Positions 49,396 to 58,741 of a stretch of 64,000 bases of DNA are shown here, one piece after another. Each line of letters begins with the position of its first letter. Positions within the stretch are counted from its first letter, which is position 1. The notes beneath the pieces are model-generated. The model was not told where the DNA came from. It searched no databases and was given only the letters and a program-made list of their open reading frames with translations. The stretch comes from Abditibacterium sp. (GTDB lineage Bacteria; Armatimonadota; Abditibacteriia; Abditibacteriales; Abditibacteriaceae): contig CBDASK010000003.1 of the NCBI GenBank assembly GCA_965199495.1, positions 832,001 through 896,000 of the forward strand. Direction: 5' to 3'. The translations under genes were made by a program, and so were the position numbers.

Positions 49396-50017
49396 GCGTG
49401 GCTTTTAGCATCGGCATCCACTCGTCGCGCCCAATTTCGCGCGCGCCCATTTGTTCAAAATGCGGTGTCATCACTTCGCAATCGAGCCAGCTCACTTCGC
49501 GCGCGCGCAGATATTCGACGAGCGCGATAACTGCCGCTTTGGAGGCGCCGTCGCGAATATGGAACATGGATTCGCCCGCGAAATAGCCGCCCCAACTGAC
49601 GCCGTATAAACCGCCGACCAATTCGCCGTTTTGCCACGCCTCGACGCTGTGCGCGTGGCCCTGTCGGTGCAGCGATTTGTAAGCGCGTTTTATCGCGTTA
49701 TTAATCCACGAACTGCGCTCCCAAACCCCTTCCGACCAGCGCGGTTGCGCGCACGCTTCGATGACATCATCGAACGCCGAATTGAAGCGAATTTCGTAAT
49801 TCGCGCGGCGCAAATAGCGACTCAAACGCTTGTTGACATAAAGTTCGTCGCACCATAACAGCGCGCGTTGGGGTGGCGCGAACCACAACGTCGGCATTCC
49901 GCGATGTGGCCACGGGAAGATGCCGCTGTGGTAAGCGGCGGTGAGGGTCGCGGGCGAAATTTCGCCGCCCCAGCAGACGACACCGAACTCGTCGGCACTT
50001 TCAACGGGCGGAAACAT
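49337..50017 (-). CDS. aat: Leucyl/phenylalanyl-tRNA--protein transferase
   Basis: AY.SGIFPW, AHSVEAW..ELVGGLYG, F.GESMF, ASK. Confidence 0.96.
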   Translation of the reverse strand: MFPPVESADEFGVVCWGGEISPATLTAAYHSGIFPWPHRGMPTLWFAPPQRALLWCDELYVNKRLSRYLRRANYEIRFNSAFDDVIEACAQPRWSEGVWERSSWINNAIKRAYKSLHRQGHAHSVEAWQNGELVGGLYGVSWGGYFAGESMFHIRDGASKAAVIALVEYLRAREVSWLDCEVMTPHFEQMGAREIGRDEWMPMLKATLKQPTRLFDEFPPAPTRAG

Positions 50018-51011
50018 GATCGGCGGAGTTGGTCTTAACCGCGATGGAATCCAATTCGCGCGGCATCTCATCCGCTTGACTCAAATTCTGATTTTGAGCG
50101 CGCTTTGATAATATGAAATAAGCAATTGCTAACACGATCCACGCTAAAACCGAGGCCAACTGCGCGCGCGTAATCCATTCCATGCCCGGCACCAAGGGCG
50201 CCGTGGCTCCACGCCGGAAGAACTCGACAAAGGCGCGCTCGAAGCCATAAAGTGCCAGCAAAACAATCGTCAGTTGGCCGGGAAACCGCGTCAACTTCGG
50301 CGATTTGCGCGCCCACATCATCACGCCAAACAACACCAAACTTAAAGCGGTCGAATACAATTGCGCTGGATGCGAGGGCACAGTAAAAGCGTTGGGATCG
50401 TTGCTGCCTTCGACGTGAAAACGCACCGCCCACGGCACGTTCGTCGGAAATCCGTAGCAGCAACCATTGAAGAAACAGCCGATGCGCCCGATGGCGTAGC
50501 CCGCGAAAATGCCGGGCGCGATGATGTCGCACAGCGTGCCATATTTCACGCCGCGCTTCCACGCGAAATAACCGATAGTGCCCAACGCGCCGACGATAGC
50601 GCCGTGAAATGATAAACCGCCATTCCAAATTTGTAAAAACTCGCCGAATCCGCGCCACTGCGACGGGTAAACCAGAAAATAAAGCACGCGACACAACACG
50701 ATCGAAACCAGCAACAGGGGCATGGACAAATCGAGAATGATGTTGGCATCGTAGCCACGGCGCCGCGCTTCGAGACAGGCCAGCCAAACCGACAGGAAAA
50801 ATCCGATGACGAGAAAGAAACCGTAAGAATGCAGCGTAATCGGCTGGCGACTCCACAGCCAGCAGATGAAAGCGATACCGCCCGCGAAGATGAGCGGCGC
50901 CGGATTTTTCAGGCGAGCCGAAATCACCAGTCCCAGCAAAACCGCGACGAGAATAGCGGGCAGCAAAAATTGTGCGGGGAAAGCGGGAATAACAGCGAGA
51001 ATAGGACGCAT
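50001..51011 (-). CDS. lgt: Prolipoprotein diacylglyceryl transferase (extra N-terminal TM pair)
   Basis: IWNGGLSFHG, GRIGCFFNGCCYG, HPAQLY, VEFFR. Confidence 0.95.
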   Translation of the reverse strand: MRPILAVIPAFPAQFLLPAILVAVLLGLVISARLKNPAPLIFAGGIAFICWLWSRQPITLHSYGFFLVIGFFLSVWLACLEARRRGYDANIILDLSMPLLLVSIVLCRVLYFLVYPSQWRGFGEFLQIWNGGLSFHGAIVGALGTIGYFAWKRGVKYGTLCDIIAPGIFAGYAIGRIGCFFNGCCYGFPTNVPWAVRFHVEGSNDPNAFTVPSHPAQLYSTALSLVLFGVMMWARKSPKLTRFPGQLTIVLLALYGFERAFVEFFRRGATAPLVPGMEWITRAQLASVLAWIVLAIAYFILSKRAQNQNLSQADEMPRELDSIAVKTNSADHVSAR

Positions 51012-51052
51012 TGAGGTGAACCTTAGTTTAGCGCGACGAAATTTCATTCGCC

Positions 51053-51149
51053 CGTAGAGACAGCGATTTACCGCGTCTAAAATGGGGATGAACCCATTGA
51101 CTTCGCGGCAATCTTAACTTTCAAGACGCAATAAATCGCTGTCTCTACG
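51053..51149. repeat. GTAG-type REP doublet (GTAGAGAC family); supplies the lspA TAG
   Basis: cgtagagacagcgatttaccgcgtct / agacgcaataaatcgctgtctctacg. Confidence 0.8.
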
Positions 51150-51669
51150 ATTTGCTTTTTTCGTCGCTAAAAAACAGCAGCGTGACTAACATCAGAATGA
51201 CGCCCGCCGTCAACGCCGAATCGGCGACGTTGAAAATCGGAAAAGTTTGTAGCCAACGAAGGGGCGTATCGAGATCGAAGAAGTCGGTCACATAGCCAAA
51301 CATCACGCGGTCAATCAGGTTCCCCAGCGCTCCGCCAAGAATCCACCCGAAACCAATCGCCGCCAGTTTTCCGCGCCGCGAAACTTCGCGCGCCGAACTC
51401 ACAACGAGCGCCGTGACTACGATGGTGAACAGAATCAGCAACCATTTTTGCCCGGCCAAAACGCCCCACGCCGCGCCGTGATTTTGGATATGTTCAAAGT
51501 GAATCCAACCGGGAATTAAAGGCCAGCGCGAGCCAACGCCCAATCCAGCGCGCACGATAATTTTGCTAATTTGATCCAATGCCAGAGCCAGAATCGCCGC
51601 ACTGACGAACCAACCCATGCGCGCCGGTGGCAATGTTTTTTCAACTTCAGTGACGGGAGACGGATTCAT
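51145..51669 (-). CDS. lspA: Signal peptidase II
   Basis: DQISK, N.GAAWG, GGALGNLIDR, VTDF, FNVADS. Confidence 0.96.
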   Translation of the reverse strand: MNPSPVTEVEKTLPPARMGWFVSAAILALALDQISKIIVRAGLGVGSRWPLIPGWIHFEHIQNHGAAWGVLAGQKWLLILFTIVVTALVVSSAREVSRRGKLAAIGFGWILGGALGNLIDRVMFGYVTDFFDLDTPLRWLQTFPIFNVADSALTAGVILMLVTLLFFSDEKSKS

Positions 51670-52052
51670 AGTTTCGATTCGTTCAGCAGACGCGCGGCGC
51701 GCGGCGAAAGCGCGACATTTTTGCGCGCTAAAAATTCTAAAGTTTGCATCAGCCAATTGCGCTGAATGATATTCGCGGTGAAAGTCCACGGCGTATCGTC
51801 CCAAGTTAGGATGAGATTATTGGTTTTAATTTTCCCGCAGTAAGCATCAGCCACGGCGACGTGGCTGTATGATTTGCGATGCGTTTTGATGACTTTCAAT
51901 TCGAGTTCGTCCTCGAACAAGCGGAGTTTCGGATTGGCGCTGTTGGTCGAAATCGCCCACCAGAACGGCATCCGCGCGTGACCGGTGAAAGTCGCGTAGA
52001 TTGGGACGGCGACGCCTTTGGTGGGGATTGGTGAGGTGAGATTGAATGGCAT
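51666..52052 (-). CDS. Hypothetical protein inserted between ileS and lspA
   Basis: 128-aa ORF with ATGA overlap to lspA. Confidence 0.7.
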   Translation of the reverse strand: MPFNLTSPIPTKGVAVPIYATFTGHARMPFWWAISTNSANPKLRLFEDELELKVIKTHRKSYSHVAVADAYCGKIKTNNLILTWDDTPWTFTANIIQRNWLMQTLEFLARKNVALSPRAARLLNESKL

Positions 52053-52060
52053 TTTGTGTT

Positions 52061-52226
52061 CCGTAGGTTATTGCGTTTTGATTTTCTAATGCGCAAATGT
52101 AGGGGCGGGGTCACCCCGCCCAAATGTTAGGCGTCTTCGTTGTTTGTTGTCGCCATTTCGTCTTGGGGCGGGGTGACCCCGCCCCTACATTTGCGCATTA
52201 GAAAATCAAAACGCAATAACCTACGG
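52061..52226. repeat. GTAG-type REP doublet with long inverted outer flanks; overlaps the ileS stop
   Basis: Perfect 61-bp arms, 44-bp loop. Confidence 0.88.
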
Positions 52227-55200
52227 CAGAGGGCGCTTCTCCACCCCAATCCGCAACACCTCGTCGCCAACTTTAACCTCGACCAATCCCGGATAATCCG
52301 CGTCAACCAACCTCAACTCGTCCGCCAACGTTTCGCGTTGCAAATAGTCGCCGAAATCCTCCAACACCGCCGCAAACCGCGATTCTTCGGGCGGCTCAAC
52401 AACTAAAATCGCGATCCGATCCGAAACTTCAAAGCCCGCGTCTTTGCGCGCTTGCTGCACGCCGCGCACCAAATCGCGCACCCAACCTTCGTCTTCCAAT
52501 TCGGGCGTCAAAGTCGTATCGAGGGCCACGCTCCAACCGTTTTCCGACGCGAACGAATAGCCCGATTGCTGCTGCGTTTCGACCAAAACTTCGTTCGCTT
52601 CCAGCGTCACCGTTTCGCCTTCCAACTCGATTTCGACGCTCTGCCCACTTTTCACCGCGTCGCCGATGCGCTTGGCCTCGGTCGCCGTGGCTCCTTCGAG
52701 CGCGCGGCGCAATGCGCCGACTTGTTTGCCGAATTTTTTGCCGACGACCGGCAAATTCGCTTTGAGCGAATACGAAACCAAATCGCCCGCGTCTTCGAGC
52801 AATTCGATCTCTTTCACGTTCAACTCGTCTAAAATCGTCTCACGCCACGCTTCGATACCGGCCCGACCAGCCACGTCCGGCGCCTGAATCATCGCTTTGG
52901 CGAGCGGCTGGCGCGCGCGAATCTTCGAGTCTTTGCGCGCCGATAATCCCAGCGAAACCGCTTGCAACACGCCCGCGACTTGCGCGACTAATTCGTCGTC
53001 GCGCAGATTTTCGTCAACGACCGGCCACGCGCACAGATGCACGCTTTCGGGCATATCCGAAAGTGGCGATGACAAATTGCGATAGATCGTTTCCGCCGTG
53101 AACGGGATAACCGGCGCGATCAACTTCGCCAGCGTCAAAAGCACATGATGCAGCGCGCGGTAAGCCTGCGCTTTGTCGGTGTCGCTGTCCGATTTCCAGA
53201 AGCGGCGGCGACTGCGGCGCACATACCAATTCGACAGATCATCTACGAACGACTCAATCGCCACGTTGATGCCCGACGGCGCCGTGTTCTCGATGGCCGA
53301 TGTCACGCCCACAACGCAGGTTTGCAGACGCGCCAGAATCCAGTTGTCGAGGATGTTTTCCGGCTTCAGTTCGCCCGTCAAATCGGGTTCGTCCAGATTG
53401 GCGTAAGTCACGAAGAACGAGTAAACGTTCCACAGAGTCAGCAACCGCTTCACGCTATCGCGGATCGGTTCGTAGCCGAAACGGATGTCGCGCGTGACCG
53501 TATTGGCCGCGAAAGTCCAACGCATCGGGTCGGCGCCGACGGTTTCGACGGCCTCATCATAAGGCACGCCGTTCTTCAACGTCTTGGAGATGCGCTCGCC
53601 GTTTTGGTCGAGCATCGTCTCGTAAACCATCGCTTTTTTATAAGGCGCGCGGTCTTCCAAAGCCACGCCCATCCACAGCATCGAGAAGAACCACAGCCGA
53701 ATCTGCTCGCGCATTTCGGTCACGAAATCCGCCGGTTGCCAGTCGCTTTTGTCGGCGATTTTCAGTTCCGGCATCCTTATATCGTCAGCGCCAAAATAGC
53801 CGACGGTGCTAAACGGCACGATGCCCGCGTCCAGCCACGCGTCGCCGACTTCGGGCACGCGCCGCAATTTCACCGTGCGGTCGTGATTCCAAATCTCGAT
53901 TTCGTCGATCCACGGGCGATGCAATTCGGGCAAAGCGTCCACGAGTTCCGGCTCGACGGCGCGCTCGCGCAGTTCGGCGCGGCTGCCGATGATTTCCCAG
54001 TTTTCGCCGTTTTCGTCCACATAAATTGGGAGCGGCAAACCCCAGAACCGTTTGCGCGAGATGTTCCAATCGCCCATGTTGAACAGCCAATTTTGCATCG
54101 CTTTACCGGCGTATTCGGGCACCCATTCGACCTTCGCCGCCGCCGCTTGCAGACGCGCGCGCGCCGGATTTGGCCCGGCGTCGGCGCGGATGAACCATTC
54201 TTTGGTCGCGTAAAAAATCAGCTCGTGCTTGCAGCGCCAGCAGTGCGGATACGAGTGCTTGTAACGCTGAATCCGATACAACCGCCCGCGCTTTTCGATG
54301 GCGTCGAAGATATGATCGATGTCGTTGCCGACGTTGCCCAGCGCGTCGTATTGCACCACGCCCGCCAGCCCCGCCAGTTCCGGCCCGCACTCCTCGCGGA
54401 AGTGCGCCGACGCCGTGACGGGCGCGATGAAACCCAAATTTTCGGCTTGCCCCAACTCGAAGTCGATGGCGCCACAACCCGGCGCGATATGAACGATGCC
54501 GGTGCCCTCTTCCTCGCTGACCCAATCGGCAGCCACGACGCGGCGTGGATGCGTCTGCTGGTTCTCGATTTGAAACGGAATATCGTCCATCGGCCCGCTA
54601 TAAGTCAGGCCGATTAGCTCGGCGCCGCTCAAAGTTCCGACGATTTCGTAGCCCGGTTTGAGCGCGGTTTTGGCCGTGCCTTCGCTCAAGATGTAGGTTT
54701 CGCCCTCCGACGTGGCTCGCACATAAGTCAAGGCGGGATTGACCGCCAGGGCGACGTTGGCGGTCAGCGTCCACGGCGTCGTCGTCCAGACCAGCAGCGA
54801 TTCATCGCGGTTGTCAATCGGCAATTGCACGTAAACGCTGCGATGGGTCACATCCTTATAAGCGTCGGCGCTTTCGTGCTGCGAGAGCGAAGTTTCGCAG
54901 CGCGGGCACCACGGCATCACGCGATAATCGGGCGCGAGCCAGCCTTGTTCGTGGCACTTGGCGAGGAAGCCCCAGATGCCTTCGATATTGGAATCGTCGT
55001 AGGTAAAATACGAGCGTTCCCAGTCCATCCACATCCCCAAACGGTTGGATTGGGCCGAGATGACGCGGGCGAACTCTTCGACGCGCGCGCGACAGGCGCG
55101 CGAAAAGTTGTCCATGCCGTAGTCGAGAATATCGGATTTGGTCTGAAATCCCAACTGTTTTTCGACTTCGACTTCGACCCACAACCCCTGACAATCGAAG

Positions 55201-55451
55201 CCGTTTTGCCAGCGCAAGCGGCGCCCGTTCATGGCGTGAAAGCGGTCGAAAATATCTTTATAAGTGCGGCCCCAGGCGTGATGCACGCCCATGCGATTGT
55301 TGGCCGTAATCGGCCCGTCCTGAAAGTTCCACGCGGGGCCGTGTTCGGTCTGCTCGCGTAGTTGGCGAAAAATCTCGCGCGTCTCCCAAAACTCTAAGAC
55401 CTGCTTTTCCAGGGTCGGATAATCGGGCACGCCGTCAAATGGTTCAAACAT
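52221..55451 (-). CDS. ileS: Isoleucine--tRNA ligase, type 2
   Basis: DGPITAN, GFDCQGL, WTTTPWT, GTGIVH, DWNISR.RFWG, LSNWYVRRSRRRFW; type-2 C-terminus without zinc finger. Confidence 0.97.
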   Translation of the reverse strand: MFEPFDGVPDYPTLEKQVLEFWETREIFRQLREQTEHGPAWNFQDGPITANNRMGVHHAWGRTYKDIFDRFHAMNGRRLRWQNGFDCQGLWVEVEVEKQLGFQTKSDILDYGMDNFSRACRARVEEFARVISAQSNRLGMWMDWERSYFTYDDSNIEGIWGFLAKCHEQGWLAPDYRVMPWCPRCETSLSQHESADAYKDVTHRSVYVQLPIDNRDESLLVWTTTPWTLTANVALAVNPALTYVRATSEGETYILSEGTAKTALKPGYEIVGTLSGAELIGLTYSGPMDDIPFQIENQQTHPRRVVAADWVSEEEGTGIVHIAPGCGAIDFELGQAENLGFIAPVTASAHFREECGPELAGLAGVVQYDALGNVGNDIDHIFDAIEKRGRLYRIQRYKHSYPHCWRCKHELIFYATKEWFIRADAGPNPARARLQAAAAKVEWVPEYAGKAMQNWLFNMGDWNISRKRFWGLPLPIYVDENGENWEIIGSRAELRERAVEPELVDALPELHRPWIDEIEIWNHDRTVKLRRVPEVGDAWLDAGIVPFSTVGYFGADDIRMPELKIADKSDWQPADFVTEMREQIRLWFFSMLWMGVALEDRAPYKKAMVYETMLDQNGERISKTLKNGVPYDEAVETVGADPMRWTFAANTVTRDIRFGYEPIRDSVKRLLTLWNVYSFFVTYANLDEPDLTGELKPENILDNWILARLQTCVVGVTSAIENTAPSGINVAIESFVDDLSNWYVRRSRRRFWKSDSDTDKAQAYRALHHVLLTLAKLIAPVIPFTAETIYRNLSSPLSDMPESVHLCAWPVVDENLRDDELVAQVAGVLQAVSLGLSARKDSKIRARQPLAKAMIQAPDVAGRAGIEAWRETILDELNVKEIELLEDAGDLVSYSLKANLPVVGKKFGKQVGALRRALEGATATEAKRIGDAVKSGQSVEIELEGETVTLEANEVLVETQQQSGYSFASENGWSVALDTTLTPELEDEGWVRDLVRGVQQARKDAGFEVSDRIAILVVEPPEESRFAAVLEDFGDYLQRETLADELRLVDADYPGLVEVKVGDEVLRIGVEKRPLP

Positions 55452-55630
55452 GATGTCGCAGTAGATTTTACGATATTAAGGCGGGAGCGTTCGATTCGGA
55501 CAGCGTGTAGCTGACTATTTTGGTGTTTACAAACCTCGCGTTTTGCCGTATTGAAAAGTTTGCGGTAAAATTATGGGCGTCCTGCGGCGTTGTTCCGCGA
55601 ACAAGATCAAAGTGTTGAGTTTCAATCGAA

Positions 55631-56029
55631 ATGACAAGAGAAAAACCACTCTCAAGCAAACAAGTATCTGAACTTGAAACCGCAAAACGCAGTAAATTTG
55701 TGGTGCAAACTCCGAGTAATGACAAGGTTTACGACGCATACTTCAACTGGTGTGAATCCGTAGATAGACCGTTCGTCAAAATCCGCAAGAGGGTAAAATA
55801 TGCTCGTATCCAAATAGATATGTTACCGACGCGCGTTAAATTGAACCAACTCGGTCAAGACCAAATAGAGGCGTTGTTTCGTGATTTTGAACCTCAAGGA
55901 GTCAAAGGAATTCAAGAAGGCGTCGGCAGTGAAATTTGCTTTATAGATGGGGTGCCGAGCAGCGAAGCAGAGGGAATTGCGGAGAACTTGTTATCTATAG
56001 CAATTAATCCAGCACACCTTGAGAACTGA
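55631..56029 (+). CDS. Hypothetical protein (lower GC)
   Basis: 132-aa ORF, atypical codon use. Confidence 0.65.
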   Translation: MTREKPLSSKQVSELETAKRSKFVVQTPSNDKVYDAYFNWCESVDRPFVKIRKRVKYARIQIDMLPTRVKLNQLGQDQIEALFRDFEPQGVKGIQEGVGSEICFIDGVPSSEAEGIAENLLSIAINPAHLEN

Positions 56030-56081
56030 CACAAGGCAGGAGATGCGACATAGAAGTTGATAATGGGGAAAATCCACTACC

Positions 56082-56690
56082 ATGAAAATTTTCAATCTCT
56101 TAAACTTGAGCAGTGCAATTTTTATTGTTCTGGTGTGTTCCGGTTGCGCTAATACAGACCAAGACAGCCAACTGGCCAACGTCGCGGTCGCGGCGAGGCC
56201 GACATCCAAGCCAACACCAACGCCAAAACCCGCGCCGACGCCAACGCCAACCCCCACTCCAACACGAGCGGAGCGACGCAGAGAGGCAAGGAAGCAAGCC
56301 AGTGCAGAAAGGCAAGTCAGAAGGGAAAAGGCAAGAGAAGAAGCGCGTGCCAGAGATAATATCGCTTTCGATGTTCCCGCGTTAATTGGAAAAACCATTG
56401 AACAAGTCCAGACCAATTTGGGGCCGGTCGAAGATAGTGGCCCCGGAGACGATGACGGCGAAATGTCATGGTCAAAGAGTAAGGGAGCGTTATTGGTTCA
56501 CTATGACACGTCCAGCCGACTAACGACCAGCTTCTTTGTCAACGACCAATATGGTCAGCCATTGACCGACAAAAACCAATTTCTTGCAATGGGCAACTTA
56601 CGAGAGAATGACCCGCGTTATACCCTTGAATTCGTTCCCCTTGCGGGTTCGATGACCGAGTGGATGGGCGTGAGAGTCATTCCTAATTGA
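56082..56690 (+). CDS. Putative lipoprotein with PT-repeat linker
   Basis: Lipobox-like CSGC after a hydrophobic stretch; PTPTP repeats. Confidence 0.7.
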   Translation: MKIFNLLNLSSAIFIVLVCSGCANTDQDSQLANVAVAARPTSKPTPTPKPAPTPTPTPTPTRAERRREARKQASAERQVRREKAREEARARDNIAFDVPALIGKTIEQVQTNLGPVEDSGPGDDDGEMSWSKSKGALLVHYDTSSRLTTSFFVNDQYGQPLTDKNQFLAMGNLRENDPRYTLEFVPLAGSMTEWMGVRVIPN

Positions 56691-56799
56691 GAGTGACGCA
56701 AAACTCCGCATCAAATCCCAAAAAGCAGTCCAAAGTCGTGTGATTGCGCGCAACTTGACCTGTGTTGCGTTTGTTGCATTCCTACTGAGAACATCAAAA

Positions 56800-57444
56800 A
56801 TGAACAAATTGATAAATATTGCTTTGATAGCATTCGCCTTCTTGGGGCTTATCACATCCGCGAAAGCAAACCCATCAGCACAAAGTTACATCGAGAAATT
56901 CACGACTCTTGATCGCAATCTTGCGCAAGCGTGGAAACCTTTATGGAATGACGTAACCTACGCATACAATCCTTACACTCCTCCAGAACGGGAAATCAAT
57001 CGCAAGATGAATTTAATGGAGATGGTTGGTGGCTTGGATTTCGAGACCAGTCAAGCGTGGTTCCGAGAGCGCGATCAAGCACGGCAGAAATTCTTAAATT
57101 CTCCCGCAGGGAAATCTTGGGTCAGCAAACGAGCAACAGCAAGAAAAGCCCTCAATAAAAATTTCCCGCAACGTGTTGCCGCACTACGGCGACTTAACCT
57201 TCGTCTCCGCAGCATTTCTCCAGTTCCTAATTCTTTGCGTGAAGCCGATCATTACGTCACGGAATACAGTCTGAATTTTGATGGTTTGATAAACCTCATG
57301 AAAAAGGCTGTTAGCACCAGTTCCACTGATGTTTACGGATTAGAGGAACAAGCGCAGGCAGCCAGTAGAAACTACAATGCAGCCGTAAATGAAATGGCGA
57401 GATATAAAGCTATCCCACGTAATAAAGTCTATATCGAAGGATAA
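56800..57444 (+). CDS. Hypothetical secreted protein
   Basis: Signal peptide ending AKA; lower GC. Confidence 0.7.
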   Translation: MNKLINIALIAFAFLGLITSAKANPSAQSYIEKFTTLDRNLAQAWKPLWNDVTYAYNPYTPPEREINRKMNLMEMVGGLDFETSQAWFRERDQARQKFLNSPAGKSWVSKRATARKALNKNFPQRVAALRRLNLRLRSISPVPNSLREADHYVTEYSLNFDGLINLMKKAVSTSSTDVYGLEEQAQAASRNYNAAVNEMARYKAIPRNKVYIEG

Positions 57445-57464
57445 ACCGCCAATATTCACGAACC

Positions 57465-57804
57465 AAAAAGCGCGCGTTGCCTTTCGGCAACGCGCGCTTT
57501 TGCTTGCGGGGCGCACACGCTCGCGCGCGGCGCTCGCGCCGACGCTTTCGCTTTACGCTTGCGTGGTGACGCTAAAGACGGGCGAAGTGTTGCCATACGC
57601 GTGGACGCCATCGGAGTAGCGGATGCGATATTTGCGGGCTTCGGGGCGACCCGGCACGAGGTTTTCGCGCGAGTCGGGGTTGTGGGCCGCCGACGACTTT
57701 GTCCAACATCGAGAAGTCGGTTTCGGCGCCGCGACGGCTTTCCACGATGACCTGTTTGGCGCCGTTCTGCGCGAAAAACAGCGTGATGACACCGCCGGGC
57801 GCGG
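57465..57804. repeat. Array repeat copy 1 (terminator hairpin + minus-strand pseudogene tail)
   Basis: Colinear with 58263-58650 and 59381-59787. Confidence 0.9.
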
Positions 57805-57824
57805 CCTCCGATTATACTTATCGA

Positions 57825-58010
57825 GTGAAAATCAAGGAAATAATCGAGGTCATTGAAGATGACGGTTGGCGGCAGGTTCGCATGAAAGGGAGCCATCGCC
57901 AGTTTCATCATCCGATCAAATCGGGCACCGTGACCGTGTCGGGAAAGATGAGCCTTGATATTCCACCAGGCACGCTTAACAGCATCTACAAACAGGCTGG
58001 ATTAAAATAG
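57825..58010 (+). CDS. hicA: HicA family toxin
   Basis: DGW..VR.KGSHRQF.HP...G.VTV......DIPPGTL.SI.KQAG. Confidence 0.93.
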   Translation: MKIKEIIEVIEDDGWRQVRMKGSHRQFHHPIKSGTVTVSGKMSLDIPPGTLNSIYKQAGLK

Positions 58011-58018
58011 GAAAAACC

Positions 58019-58231
58019 ATGCAATATACCGTCATTTACGAGAGAGGAGAAACCAGCATCGGCGCTTATGTGCCTGATTTGCCGGGTTGCATCGCAGTCG
58101 GCGAAACCAAGGCCGAGGTGCAACAACTCATTCGCGAAGCCATCGAGTTTCATCTGGAAGGCATGAGGGAAGAAGGCTTGACTATTCCAGAGCCAGCTTC
58201 CATCAGCGAATTAGTCGAAGTTGCCGCTTAG
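58019..58231 (+). CDS. hicB: HicB family antitoxin
   Basis: AYVPDLPGC...GET..E....IREAI..HLE. Confidence 0.93.
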   Translation: MQYTVIYERGETSIGAYVPDLPGCIAVGETKAEVQQLIREAIEFHLEGMREEGLTIPEPASISELVEVAA

Positions 58232-58262
58232 TGATCGGACGACGTTTTCACGTCAATTCAAC

Positions 58263-58650
58263 AAAAAAGCGCGCGTTGCCTTTGGGCAACGCGCGCTTTT
58301 GCTTGCGAAACGCACACGCTCGCGCGCGGCGCGCGCCCCGACGCTTTCGCTTCCCGCTTGCGTGGTGACGCTAAAGACGGGCGAAGTGTTGCCAACCGCA
58401 TCGGGCCATCGGAGTAGCGGATGCGAGTTTCGCGCAAACGGGGCGGCCCGGCACGAGGTTTTCGCGCGAGTCGGGGTTGCGGGCCGCCGATGGTGGAGCG
58501 AACATCGAGCATTCGGTTGCGGCGCCGCGATGGATTAGGGCGATGTTCTGTTGGGCGCCGTCAAGGGCGAAAACGGCGTGATGACACCGCCGGGCGCGGA
58601 CTCGAATCGGGTGATGAGCGCGCTGTCGTAGGACGTGGCTGCTGTGGGGA
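58263..58650. repeat. Array repeat copy 2
   Basis: Same hairpin and body as copies 1 and 3. Confidence 0.9.
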
Positions 58651-58741
58651 GCAAGTTGCTTCGGGGGCAATCCTCGTTAATCTCCGAACCCAGACTCTTC
58701 AGAGAAAAAAACTCTCAAAAGTGGTATAATTGAAGTCTATT

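Noticed and set aside
51770..51810. WDDTPWTFTAN in the small ORF resembles Ile[13 protein letters not shown] (14-nt exact match to the 60678 fragment)
   Set aside because: Too short, with no flanking similarity; most likely coincidence
53145..54617. Long antisense ORFs (e.g. 490 aa opposite ileS, 461 aa opposite pilT, 335 aa opposite pilB)
   Set aside because: Shadow ORFs expected from GC-rich codon bias opposite well-supported genes
58590..58615. tRNA-like T-loop (GATTCGAGTCC on the minus strand) in the array repeat as an att site
   Set aside because: No cloverleaf or acceptor stem; it falls within the fossil reading frame (RFESAP)
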